From Dehalococcoidia bacterium (GTDB lineage Bacteria > Chloroflexota > Dehalococcoidia > Lucifugimonadales > VXLM01): DNA of 24,000 bases. The notes under the pieces were generated by a model. It was not told the DNA's origin. It made no database searches and saw only the letters and a program-made list of their open reading frames with translations. The stretch is taken from contig OZ240223.1 in the NCBI GenBank assembly GCA_965197705.1, forward strand, positions 1,796,975 to 1,820,974, read 5' to 3'. The first letter of the stretch is position 1. Each line of letters starts with the position of its first letter. Below, in pieces: positions 9,375 to 18,068 of this stretch. The position numbers and the translations under genes were made by a program.

Positions 9375-10460
9375 ATGGTCGTAAACACACACCCTCAGAA
9401 CGGAGCCAATATCAAGGTCGTCGGCGTTGGCGGCGGTGGATCGAACGCCGTGTCGAGGATGTTCCGGGAACGACTTCCGGGCATCGAGTACATGGTGGTC
9501 AATACGGACACGCAGGCCCTCCTGCGTTCCGACGTGCCGATCCGCATAGCCATTGGCGAACTGCTCACGCAGGGCAAGGGCGTCGGGGGCAACCCCGATC
9601 TCGGGGCGAAGTCGGCTGGCGAGAGCAGGGAAGAGGTCCACGAGGCGACCCGTGAGTCCGACATGGTCTTCATCGCCGCCGGAATGGGCGGAGGCACGGG
9701 CACGGGGGCTGCGCCGGTCATCTCCGAGATCATCAAGGAGACCGGAGCACTCACGGTCGGCGTGGTCACCATGCCGTTCATGTTCGAAGGCACCCGGCGA
9801 ATGCGGACCGCCGAGGAGGGCATCGAGAGGCTCCAGGAACACGTCGATACCCTGCTCGTCATACCGAACGAGCGGCTCCACGTCATCTCGGACGAAGAGA
9901 TCACTGCGGAGAACGCGTTCCGCATGGCCGACGACGTGCTGCGGCTCGGCGTGCAGTCGATTGCCGAGCTTGTGACCGTCCCCGGAGAGATCAACCTGGA
10001 CTTTGCCGACATTCAGTCCGTCATGCAAGACGCAGGCCCGGCCTGGATGTCGATCGGCTGGGGCAAGGGCGAGAATCGGGCCAAGGCGGCGGCGCAGCAG
10101 GCGATCTCCAACCCGCTCCTCGACGTTTCGGTCGAGGGCGCGACGGGCGTACTGTTCAACGTCACCGGCGGTTCCGATCTCCGGCTGTCCGAGCTTCACG
10201 AGGCGGCAGAGGTCATTCAACGGGTCGTGGATCCCGACGCGAATATCATCTTCGGCATGGCGAACGACGCGAAGATGGAGAACGAGGTCAAACTGACCGT
10301 CATCGCAACGGGGTTCCCGACTTCCGAGAACACGCAGCAGAAGGACGAGCAGATCAGAGCGCTTCTCAAGGACGCCCTGGGCAGCGACGAGGCGGAGATC
10401 GATCTTCCGCCATTCCTTCGGCGCATCTCCAAGTATCGAGAAGAGGCGGCGGTGAGGTAG
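9375..10460 (+). CDS. ftsZ: Cell division protein FtsZ
   Basis: NIKVVGVGGGGSNAVSRMFRERLPGIEYMVVNTDTQAL, VFIAAGMGGGTGTGAAPVISEIIKETGALTVGVVTMPF, SIAELVTVPGEINLDFADIQSVM. Confidence 0.98.
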   Translation: MVVNTHPQNGANIKVVGVGGGGSNAVSRMFRERLPGIEYMVVNTDTQALLRSDVPIRIAIGELLTQGKGVGGNPDLGAKSAGESREEVHEATRESDMVFIAAGMGGGTGTGAAPVISEIIKETGALTVGVVTMPFMFEGTRRMRTAEEGIERLQEHVDTLLVIPNERLHVISDEEITAENAFRMADDVLRLGVQSIAELVTVPGEINLDFADIQSVMQDAGPAWMSIGWGKGENRAKAAAQQAISNPLLDVSVEGATGVLFNVTGGSDLRLSELHEAAEVIQRVVDPDANIIFGMANDAKMENEVKLTVIATGFPTSENTQQKDEQIRALLKDALGSDEAEIDLPPFLRRISKYREEAAVR

Positions 10461-10507
10461 TAGTCCGTCGAGCTACCTACACTCGATGGACCGGAGGGGA
10501 GTAGGGT

Positions 10508-10537
10508 CAAAGGGGTCGCGGTTTCGCGGCCCCTTTT
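10508..10537 (+). terminator. Rho-independent terminator downstream of ftsZ
   Basis: aAAAGGGGtCGCGgtttCGCGgCCCCTTTT: long GC-rich stem ending in a T run, 50 bp after the ftsZ stop. Confidence 0.85.
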
Positions 10538-10767
10538 GTCGTCTGTGGGAATACTCCGCGCTTACTCCCCTGCTCCGCCTCTACCCTCTCCAGACTCGTC
10601 CCACTCCTTGCCGAACTCCTACCGGTCGGCGCGCTCCCCAATTAACTTTCCGCCAATTTTTCGCGAATTTCCCAACGAGCCGAGAGCGCCTTATTACAGG
10701 CATTCCGCCTTTTTGCTCCGAGTGACCGCAGCAACACACCCAGCTACGACCACTTGCGATTTCGCGC

Positions 10768-10796
10768 TTGACAGACCCAACATCTAGTGGTAGCGT
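10768..10796 (+). promoter_or_regulatory. Possible sigma70-type promoter upstream of nrdR
   Basis: TTGACA at 10768-10773 followed 17 nt later by a weak -10 TAGCGT. Confidence 0.25.
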
Positions 10797-10858
10797 CTTG
10801 GTCACCTGTTACGTGCTGCTTGCGCAATGGGAGTCGCGGACAGTGCCGGTGATCGGTG

Positions 10859-11422
10859 ATGCGTTGTCCTCATTGCAGTCATAGCCAATCGAAGGTAATC
10901 GACTCGAGGGAGACGGTCGACAGCATCCGTAGACGGCGGGAGTGTTCGTACTGCGACCGCCGGTACACAACGTATGAGCGGGTGCAGACGAACTCTCTGC
11001 AGGTAGTGAAAAGGGACGAACGGCGGGAGGAGTTTAGCACCGACAAGCTGAGAGTAAGCATCCTGAAGGCGTGTACGAAACGCCCGCTGCCGACCGGAAG
11101 CATAGACAAGCTGGTCGGCGAGATCGAAGGGGACTTGTACGCGCTGGGGCTGTCCGAGGTACCGACGCACACAATAGGCGAATCGGTCATGGAGCGCCTC
11201 CGGGAATTCGACAGAGTCGCATATATACGGTACGCGAGCGTGTACAGAGACTTTCAAGACATACAGACCTTCCGACAGGAGATAGACGCCCTCCTCGACC
11301 CCGAGGCTCAGGAGTCGATCAACCAGCTCTCCTTCCTCGGATCAGACACGGGAGTTATCAAAGCTCCCTCCCCGGAACGCCGGGGCCGGCGCACCAGGCA
11401 GGCGGACCCCGGCGAAGGCTAG
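10859..11422 (+). CDS. nrdR: Transcriptional repressor NrdR
   Basis: MRCPHCSHSQSKVIDSRETVDSIRRRRECSYCDRRYTTYERV (zinc ribbon) plus ATP-cone-like domain VVKRDERREEFSTDKLRVSILKACTKRPL. Track starts at the GTG 3 nt upstream. Confidence 0.96.
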   Translation: MRCPHCSHSQSKVIDSRETVDSIRRRRECSYCDRRYTTYERVQTNSLQVVKRDERREEFSTDKLRVSILKACTKRPLPTGSIDKLVGEIEGDLYALGLSEVPTHTIGESVMERLREFDRVAYIRYASVYRDFQDIQTFRQEIDALLDPEAQESINQLSFLGSDTGVIKAPSPERRGRRTRQADPGEG

Positions 11423-11583
11423 AAGATCAGCCGCGTTTCCACCCTTCGGGACACTGCTTAGGTACTTGGTTACCCTCTCATTAGCCAAAAAACTCTAAGA
11501 TATACAACCTTAAGCCTATAGATTTCTCAAATTATTCTAGGACAACGTAAGGCAACAAGGGTTCCGGGGCGGGAGGTTAACCC

Positions 11584-11599
11584 CCACAAGATATGGTGG
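11584..11599. promoter_or_regulatory. NrdR-box-like dyad upstream of nrdJ
   Basis: CCACAAGATATGGTGG, imperfect 16-bp dyad resembling the NrdR box acaCwAtATaTwGtgt, 95 bp upstream of the nrdJ start. Confidence 0.4.
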
Positions 11600-11693
11600 A
11601 GGAGTTCATACACGTACTCTATGAACTCAACGGAAGAAAAACGGACTTGAGCCAAACATACACCAAAAACATTTCTATACAAGGGGCAAGAGG

Positions 11694-14105
11694 ATGGTCA
11701 TAGAAGAGAGACGAGAGGCAGGACCGAGGAACGGGACCACAAACGGGAGGATGACCCCTGCCATCACGGATGCCGACATCGATTTGAGCGACAATGCCCG
11801 CGTCGTGCTGGAGAAACGGTATCTCCGCAAGAACGCGAAGGGAGAGATCGCCGAAACGCCCGCCGGGATGTTTCGTCGGGTCGCCCACGCTATAGCAGCC
11901 CCCGAGTATGCGAACGGCCCCACCGAGGAGGCCTTGGCCTGGGAAGAGAAATTCTACGGGGTCATGGCCAAGCTGGAGTTTGTGCCGAACTCCCCTACCC
12001 TGATGAATGCCGGGATCCAGCGCGCGGACGGTCAGGGCACCGGAACGCTGTCCGCCTGCTTCGTCATGGGGCTGGACGACCACATGGACGGCATAATGAC
12101 CACCGCCAAGGAGACGGCGATGGTCCAGAAGTACGGAGGCGGCACCGGATTCGCCCTCTCGTCCATCAGACCGAAGGGAGCGAACATCCAGACGACGCAC
12201 GGCCAGGCCTGCGGGCCGGTCGAGGTGCTGCGACATCTGTCCTCGGTCTCCAAGCTCGTCACGCAGGGCGGCAAGAGGGACGGCGCGAATATGGCCGTCA
12301 TGGACATCCACCACCCGGACATCCTGGAATTCATCGACTGCAAGGCGCAGGAAGGTGAAATCCACAACTTCAACATCTCGGTGGGCGCAAGCCACGAGTT
12401 CATGGAGGCCGTCAAGGCGGGCGCCACCTACCCTCTCCGTTTCCACGAGAACCCCGCGGACACCTCTTCGCCCATCGTCGAGGTGGGAAGGCTGGACGCG
12501 CGCGAGGTCTTCGAGAAGATCGTGCATGGCGCGTGGCGCAACGGCGAGCCGGGAATGATCTTCCTAGACTGGGTGAACCACCGGAACCCGACGCCTCACA
12601 TCGGGCGTATGACGGCGACCAACCCATGCGGCGAGCAGCCACTTCTACCCTACGAGTCCTGCAACCTCGGCGCGATAAGCCTGCAAAGGTTCATCGTGGA
12701 GGTCGACGGCCATCCGACGGTCGATTATGACAAGCTTCGCGAGGTGGTACACGTAGCTACAAGATTCCTCGATAACGTCATCGACGCGAACGCCTACTCG
12801 GTCGACAAGATCGAGACCATGACCAAGGCCACACGCAAGATCGGTCTCGGCGTGATGGGATTCGCCGATATGCTCGTGCGGATGGGAATACCCTACGACT
12901 CCGAGGAGGGCTTAGAGCTGGGCCGTAAGATTATGCGGTTCATCAAGGACGAGTCCGACTGGATGTCGGTAGAACTGGCGAAAGAACGCGGCAACTTCCC
13001 CGCGTATGAGGGCAGCAGGTTCGACTCGCCGGACGGCTCTCCGATGCGCAACGCCTGCCGTCTGACCGTCGCGCCGACAGGCACGACCTCGATGATCGCC
13101 GGGTGCTCCAGCGGAATCGAGCCCCTGTTCGCTCTCTGTTTCCACAAGCACAACATTTTGGGCGGAGAGAGCCTGCTGTACGTGGACGAGAACTTCGAGA
13201 AGGCGGCCAGGGACGGCGGCTTCTACAGCGAAGACCTGATGAACTACCTGGCCGAGGGGGGATCGCTGCAGGACCGCGAGGACGTTCCTGAATCGGCCAA
13301 GCAGACGTTTGTGGTGGCAGGGGACATCTCGCCCGAAATGCACGTGCGGATGCAAGGGGTTTTCCAAGAGAGCGTCGACGCGGCCATCTCCAAGACGATC
13401 AACTTCCCGAACGAGGCGACCGAGGGAGACGTTCGCAGCGCGTACATGCTCGCGTGGGAGCTAGGGTGCAAGGGAATCACCGTGTACCGCTCAGGCAGTC
13501 GCGAGGCGGAGGTACTGACGGCAGGCAAGGAGAACGAGGAACAGGAGACGGAGACCGAGACGAACGGCCACAAGTCCCCTACCCTCGTGGAGCGCAGTCC
13601 TCGTCCCCGTGTAGTGCAGGGCCTCACCGAGAATATCCGCACCGGACAGGGCAACCTCTACGTGACGGTCAACTTCGATGAAGAGCGCCGTCCGTTCGAG
13701 GTGTTCTGCGCGCTCGGCAAGGCCGGGAGCGTCGAGTCCGCCCACCTCGAGGCCATCGCACGGCTTGTTTCAATGTCATTGCGCACGGGAGTCGACCCGG
13801 ACCAGATTGTCAAGCAGTTGAAGGGGATTACCGATCAGCCGGTATGGGACGGAGGGACCCTCGTCGGATCGATACCCGACGCGTTATCGCACGTGCTCGA
13901 GAAGTACACCTCGAAAGAGTTGGTAACGGACGCGCCGGCGGCCCAGATAGGACTCTTCCCGTCTACGGAACCCAGAGGCTCCGCGGACGAGGTCAAGTTT
14001 GCGGGCCCTATGACAGGCAAGCGCTGTCCTGAGTGCTCGGCCTACCTCGTCGCACAAGAGGGATGCCTGAACTGCCTCGACTGCGGCTACAGCAAGTGTG
14101 ACTGA
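11694..14105 (+). CDS. nrdJ: Adenosylcobalamin-dependent (class II) ribonucleoside-diphosphate reductase
   Basis: VLEKRYLRKNAKGEIAETPAGMFRRVAHAIA, PNSPTLMNAG, NPCGEQPLLPYESCNLGAISL, TVAPTGTTSMIAGCSSGIEPLFAL, C-terminal zinc-finger-like CPECSAYLVAQEGCLNCLDCGYSKC; adjacent to nrdR. Confidence 0.95.
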   Translation: MVIEERREAGPRNGTTNGRMTPAITDADIDLSDNARVVLEKRYLRKNAKGEIAETPAGMFRRVAHAIAAPEYANGPTEEALAWEEKFYGVMAKLEFVPNSPTLMNAGIQRADGQGTGTLSACFVMGLDDHMDGIMTTAKETAMVQKYGGGTGFALSSIRPKGANIQTTHGQACGPVEVLRHLSSVSKLVTQGGKRDGANMAVMDIHHPDILEFIDCKAQEGEIHNFNISVGASHEFMEAVKAGATYPLRFHENPADTSSPIVEVGRLDAREVFEKIVHGAWRNGEPGMIFLDWVNHRNPTPHIGRMTATNPCGEQPLLPYESCNLGAISLQRFIVEVDGHPTVDYDKLREVVHVATRFLDNVIDANAYSVDKIETMTKATRKIGLGVMGFADMLVRMGIPYDSEEGLELGRKIMRFIKDESDWMSVELAKERGNFPAYEGSRFDSPDGSPMRNACRLTVAPTGTTSMIAGCSSGIEPLFALCFHKHNILGGESLLYVDENFEKAARDGGFYSEDLMNYLAEGGSLQDREDVPESAKQTFVVAGDISPEMHVRMQGVFQESVDAAISKTINFPNEATEGDVRSAYMLAWELGCKGITVYRSGSREAEVLTAGKENEEQETETETNGHKSPTLVERSPRPRVVQGLTENIRTGQGNLYVTVNFDEERRPFEVFCALGKAGSVESAHLEAIARLVSMSLRTGVDPDQIVKQLKGITDQPVWDGGTLVGSIPDALSHVLEKYTSKELVTDAPAAQIGLFPSTEPRGSADEVKFAGPMTGKRCPECSAYLVAQEGCLNCLDCGYSKCD

Positions 14106-14169
14106 GTCAAAATAGCGTCGCACCTCTTTCTTTGGATAGGGGCGCACCATCGACGATAGTTCGATAACG

Positions 14170-14194
14170 ACGACCCACTACAGGCGGGTCGTCT
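14170..14194 (+). terminator. Possible hairpin terminator downstream of nrdJ
   Basis: GACGACCC-actacaggc-GGGTCGTC, followed only by tcggttt (weak U-tract). Confidence 0.4.
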
Positions 14195-14319
14195 CGGTTT
14201 AGCAGGTCACCTTCCCTATAGATTTAACTCCCCTGCCCTTCACCGTTTAACCGCGACGATGTTGTATCATGGCATCCCCGTGGCGGGCAGCGCCGCGACA
14301 TGTCACCGGAGCGCACACC

Positions 14320-15330
14320 ATGACAACATCGGAAAAACCCTTTGTCGCCATCACGATGGGCGACCCCGCAGGTATTGGGGCAGAAGTCACCGCCAAGGCC
14401 CTTCAGGACGATTCCATATACCAGAAATGCCGCCCGTTCGTGGTCGGCAACGTGGCGGCGATCGACCATGCCATTGAGTTCATGAGCATGGACGCTTCGA
14501 GCCGGGTGACGCACGGGTTGGAAGATGTTGCCGGTGAGCCCGGAGTCATCGACGTGATGGACCTGGAGAATCTTGACTATTCCGGTATCGAGCTTGGGGA
14601 ACTGTCCGCCTCGGCGGGCAAAGCGGCAGTTGAATGGGTGCTTAAGGCGGGCGAGATGGCTGCTGCGGGCGAGGTCCAAGCCATCGTGACTGCTCCGATC
14701 AACAAAGAGGCAGCAAAGATGGCCGGCTACAAGGACATCGGGCACATGGAGATATTCCAGAGCCAGACCAACTCGAAAGAGGTGGCGACGATGCTTATGG
14801 CCGACGTGCTGCGCGTCGTCCACCTGACGACGCACCGCCAGCTCCGGATCGCCTGCGACTACGTTACCACGGACAACGTACTCGCAAAGACTGTCCTCAC
14901 CCACGACCACTTCGCGCGGTGGGGCTTCCCTGCCCCACGCATCGGCGTCTCTGCCCTGAATCCCCATGCCAGCGACGGCGGTCTCCTCGGCGACGAGGAG
15001 GAGAAGCAGATCACCCCCGCGATAGACAAGGCCCGCTCGCTCGGCATCGACGCGACGGGGCCTGTCCCGCCGGACACGGTGTTCACACAGGCGATCAACG
15101 GCAAGTACGACGTTGTGCTCGCCATGTACCACGACCAGGGGCACATCCCCATCAAGGTGCACAACTGGGAGCGGAGCGTGAGCGTGAACCTCGGTCTGCC
15201 GTTCATCCGCACGTCGGTAGACCACGGCACGGCGTTCGATATCGCCGGTCAGGGCATCGCCCACCACGAGAGCATGGCGGAGGCCATCGGAGTCGCCGTC
15301 GACCTGGCAAGCGAGAGCAAGCTGCGCTGA
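14320..15330 (+). CDS. pdxA: 4-hydroxythreonine-4-phosphate dehydrogenase (PdxA family)
   Basis: PFVAITMGDPAGIGAEVTAKAL, AIVTAPINKEAAKMAGY, RIGVSALNPHASDGGLLGDEEEKQITPAI, GPVPPDTVF, AMYHDQGHIPIKV, IRTSVDHGTAFDIAGQGIA. The neofunctionalised four-carbon phospho-acid dehydrogenases of this family cannot be excluded. Confidence 0.9.
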   Translation: MTTSEKPFVAITMGDPAGIGAEVTAKALQDDSIYQKCRPFVVGNVAAIDHAIEFMSMDASSRVTHGLEDVAGEPGVIDVMDLENLDYSGIELGELSASAGKAAVEWVLKAGEMAAAGEVQAIVTAPINKEAAKMAGYKDIGHMEIFQSQTNSKEVATMLMADVLRVVHLTTHRQLRIACDYVTTDNVLAKTVLTHDHFARWGFPAPRIGVSALNPHASDGGLLGDEEEKQITPAIDKARSLGIDATGPVPPDTVFTQAINGKYDVVLAMYHDQGHIPIKVHNWERSVSVNLGLPFIRTSVDHGTAFDIAGQGIAHHESMAEAIGVAVDLASESKLR

Positions 15331-15510
15331 AGGCGCCACAGGCACTGCTTCTGTATAGAACCACTACACTAACCAGCCCCTCGAGCGGTGAGAGACTGCA
15401 TTAGTCCCCAAACGTCGCGCAAGTCGGCTACAATAGAGTAGTTGTAGGAGGAAGGGGCGTCCTTCGAGTGCCTCACGGCCAAGTAAGGACGACAGAGCGG
15501 ACGAGTATCA

Positions 15511-16317
15511 ATGAAGATCACGTTCATCGGCGGGGGCGTCATGGCTGAGGCGATACTCGGCGGGATTCTTGACGCGGGTGTTGCCAAGGCGGGGGATATT
15601 CGCTTCGGGGAACCCGTGGCGGAACGGCGTGCAGTGCTTACCGAGACCTACGGCGTGACGGCGGACGCCGACAACCTCGCCGTGATCGAGGGCGCGGACA
15701 TCGTTGTCCTCGCAATGAAACCGCAGCACCTCGCCATGGCTATGGACGGCATCAAGTCCGGCCTCCGCGGAGGCCAGGCGGTGCTTTCCATCGTTGCGGG
15801 AGCGACCCTGGAGACCTTGAGTAAGGGCCTGCGTCATCGAGCGGTCGTCCGGGTTATGCCCAATACCCCCGCTCAGATACGCGAGGGCATGACCGTGTGG
15901 ACGGCCACCGATCAGGTCACCGGCGAGCAGAGGGCAGACAGCCAGCGGATCGTCGCGTCTTTCGGCGAGGAGATATACGTCGAGGACGAGAAGTACATCG
16001 ACATGGTGACGGCCCTCAGCGCGAGCGGCCCCGCCTACGTCTTCCTGTTCATCGAGGCGCTCATCGACGCGGGGGTATACATGGGCCTGCAGCGTCCGAT
16101 GGCGAGAAAGCTCGTTCTCCAGACGGTCATAGGGAGCGCCAAGTACGTCCAGGAGACGGGAATGCACCCGGCGGAGCTAAAGGACATGGTCTCGTCGCCC
16201 GCGGGCGGCACCGTCGAGGCGCTCATGTCGTTCGAGAAGTCGGCATTTCGAGGGGCTGTGCTGGAAGCGGTAGACACGGCGTATGAGAAGTATCGCGAAT
16301 TAGGTGAGGACGGTTGA
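15511..16317 (+). CDS. proC: Pyrroline-5-carboxylate reductase
   Basis: MKITFIGGGVMAEAILGGIL, IVVLAMKPQ, VRVMPNTPAQIREGMT, ALSASGPAYVFLFIEALIDAGVYMGL, MVSSPAGGTVEAL. Confidence 0.95.
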   Translation: MKITFIGGGVMAEAILGGILDAGVAKAGDIRFGEPVAERRAVLTETYGVTADADNLAVIEGADIVVLAMKPQHLAMAMDGIKSGLRGGQAVLSIVAGATLETLSKGLRHRAVVRVMPNTPAQIREGMTVWTATDQVTGEQRADSQRIVASFGEEIYVEDEKYIDMVTALSASGPAYVFLFIEALIDAGVYMGLQRPMARKLVLQTVIGSAKYVQETGMHPAELKDMVSSPAGGTVEALMSFEKSAFRGAVLEAVDTAYEKYRELGEDG

Positions 16318-16586
16318 ACTTCTTCGCTACCTTCATAAGCCTGTTCCTCACTGCCCTGTCGCTGGCGATACTCGCCCGCGTAATCATGTCGTGGGTGACC
16401 ATGTTCGCTCCCGACTCACCGATCGTCAAAACGATCAACGACATGCTCAATCAGATGACGGAGCCCGTCCTGGGACCGCTGCGCCGGGTGATTCCTCCAA
16501 TGGGCATGTTCGACCTAACCCCGATGATCGCCCTGATCCTGCTGCAGGTCATACAGGTATACCTGGTGCCACGTCTCCTATCCTAG
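16314..16586 (+). CDS. YggT family membrane protein
   Basis: 90 aa with two hydrophobic segments and LARVIMSWVTMF...NQMTEPVLGPLRRVIPPMGMFDLTPMIALILLQVIQ. TTG start overlaps the proC stop (TTGA). Confidence 0.88.
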   Translation: MNFFATFISLFLTALSLAILARVIMSWVTMFAPDSPIVKTINDMLNQMTEPVLGPLRRVIPPMGMFDLTPMIALILLQVIQVYLVPRLLS

Positions 16587-16608
16587 TACTCAGTCAACTT
16601 GAATATGA
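16586..16608 (+). repeat. Left terminal inverted repeat of the IS630 element
   Basis: GTACTCAGTCAACTTGAATATGA; partner at 18046-18068. Confidence 0.8.
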
Positions 16609-16632
16609 CGAGTTGGCAGATGTCGATTTATT

Positions 16633-16655
16633 CCCTCTCCCGTCGTGGGAGAGGG
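16633..16655. repeat. REP-like hairpin
   Basis: CCCTCTCCC-gtcgt-GGGAGAGGG followed by ctagggtgaggg, the commonly dispersed intergenic hairpin type. Confidence 0.7.
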
Positions 16656-16765
16656 CTAGGGTGAGGGTAAAACGTAATATCAAAACCATGTTGACATGGT
16701 ACTAGAACCGAAATCTTTGAAATGACGGGTAGTACTAGGGGGTTGGGGTTGCGTTCTGCAACAAC

Positions 16766-16786
16766 AGGCGGGTTTCAAACCCGCCT
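16766..16786. repeat. Perfect 21-bp palindrome
   Basis: AGGCGGGTTT-c-AAACCCGCCT. Confidence 0.85.
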
Positions 16787-16885
16787 CTACCAAGTCATAG
16801 TCTCGTCACCCTTAAATACTATGGTGTTGAACCACTAGTTCCGGTTCCGCATGTATTTGACAAATATAAGAAGTAGGTTAGTATT

Positions 16886-18060
16886 ATGTATGATCCTATA
16901 GGGAGGACATACGAAGACATGCCTGCTCTCAAGTACAAGGTGGAGTTGAACGAGTCGGAACGGACACATCTCAAAGAGATAGCGAGTCGTGGGGAGACTT
17001 CGGCCCGTAAGGTCAAGCGAGCGCTGGTGTTGCTTAAGGCAGACGAAGGTCTGATCGACCGTGACATCGCCAGCGGACTATTGATAAGCGCATCCACGGC
17101 CGGACGCGTGCGCACGCGGTTTGTGAAAGAGGGGCTCGACTGTGCGATCAATGAGCGGGCGCGCCCGGGACAGAAACGCAAGTTGGACGGTAAACAGGAA
17201 GCGCATCTGATAGCCATTGCGTGCAGCGATGCACCCGATGGACACGCGGACTGGACGCTGCAACTCATTGCCGACAAGGCGGTGGCGATGGGGTTTGCCG
17301 AGAGCATCTCCCTCGAGACGGTGCGCCAGATACTAAAAAAAACAAACTCAAACCGTGGAAGAAGAAGGAGTGGTGCATCCCCGAAGTGAGCGGAGAGTTC
17401 GTGGCTCGAATGGAGGACGTGCTGGAACTGTACCATCAAGACTACGACCCGGACCATCCCGTGGTCTGCTTCGACGAGACATCCAAGCAGTTGGTGGCTG
17501 ATAAGAGGCCCGCTATCAGGGCCAAGCCGGGTCGGGTGGAACGATATGACTACGAGTACAAGCGAAACGGGACACGAAACCTGTTCATGTTCTGTGAACC
17601 GAAGGGCGGATGGAGGCACGTCGAGGTGACCGAGCGCCGTACTGCCGTAGACTTCGCTCATCAGATGAAATGGCTGGTTGATGAGGCATATCCTCACACC
17701 GAGACGATACGGCTGGTGCTGGACAATCTCAACACTCACAAGCTGGGTTCGTTGTACGATGCCTTCGAGCCAGCCGAAGCGCGGCGTATAGCCAAGCGCC
17801 TGGAGCTCCATTACACTCCGGTACACGGCAGTTGGCTGAACCCCGTATCGAGTACGGGGCGGGCTATGGCTGAGATAGAGCTGAGCGTCTTGAGCAACCA
17901 GTGTCTTAACCGTCGAATCAGCGACGAGGTGGTACTGAAACGAGAGGTCTTGGCGCTGGAACGTGAACGCAATGAGGCTGTCGCCATCATAGACTGGCGC
18001 TTCTCCACTCAGGACGCTCGCACTAAACTTCAACATATCTATCCATCATATTCAAGTTGA
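16886..18060 (+). CDS. IS630-family transposase, two overlapping frames (16886..17389 and the frame open through 18060), probable -1 frameshift fusion
   Basis: Frame 1 ends ...ISLETVRQILKK. The -1 frame continues NKLKPWKKKEWCIPEVSGEFVARMEDVLELYHQDYDPDHPVVCFDETSKQL...RYDYEYKRNGTRNLFMFCEPKGGWRHVEVTERRTAVDFA...LVLDNLNTHKLGSLYDAF...HYTPVHGSWLN...MAEIELSVLSNQCLNRRI. A_AAA_AAA lies in register at 17335-17341. Confidence 0.85.
17841..17865 (+). repeat. Small palindromic insertion inside the transposase ORF
   Basis: CCCCGTA-tcgag-TACGGGG plus cgggct, adding PVSSTGRA between the conserved HGSWLN and MAEIELS blocks, which are contiguous in IS630 transposases. Confidence 0.7.
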
Positions 18061-18068
18061 ACCGGTAC
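18046..18068 (-). repeat. Right terminal inverted repeat of the IS630 element
   Basis: TCATATTCAAGTTGAACCGGTAC; partner at 16586-16608. Confidence 0.8.

Larger units (their letters stand above)
16586..18068 (+). mobile_element. IS630-family insertion sequence with inverted termini and TA target dinucleotides
   Basis: Left end GTACTCAGTCAACTTGAATATGA (16586-16608) matches the reverse complement of the right end TCATATTCAAGTTGAACCGGTAC (18046-18068) at 19/23 positions. TA flanks each end (16584-16585 and 18069-18070). Encodes an IS630 transposase. Confidence 0.8.

Noticed and set aside
9372-10220. Long minus-strand ORF of 282 aa
   Set aside because: Fully antisense to ftsZ; its sequence has no recognisable domain and arises from high-GC third-position bias.
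10486-10805. Small ORFs between ftsZ and nrdR
   Set aside because: Overlapping in several frames without motifs; they cover a terminator and a probable promoter, so likely noncoding.
11423-11693. Cobalamin riboswitch upstream of nrdJ
   Set aside because: Expected for a B12-dependent enzyme in some taxa, but I could not find B12-box-like conserved sequence; covariance-model search would be needed.
11619-12527. Minus-strand ORF of 302 aa
   Set aside because: Antisense to the nrdJ 5' half and its leader; no domain signature.
14224-15345. Minus-strand ORF of 373 aa
   Set aside because: Antisense to the entire pdxA gene, which has unmistakable motifs.
16819-18036. Minus-strand ORF of 405 aa that spans the transposase
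   Set aside because: Antisense to both transposase frames. Continuity of an antisense frame across the slippery site is common in high-GC DNA and there is no domain evidence.
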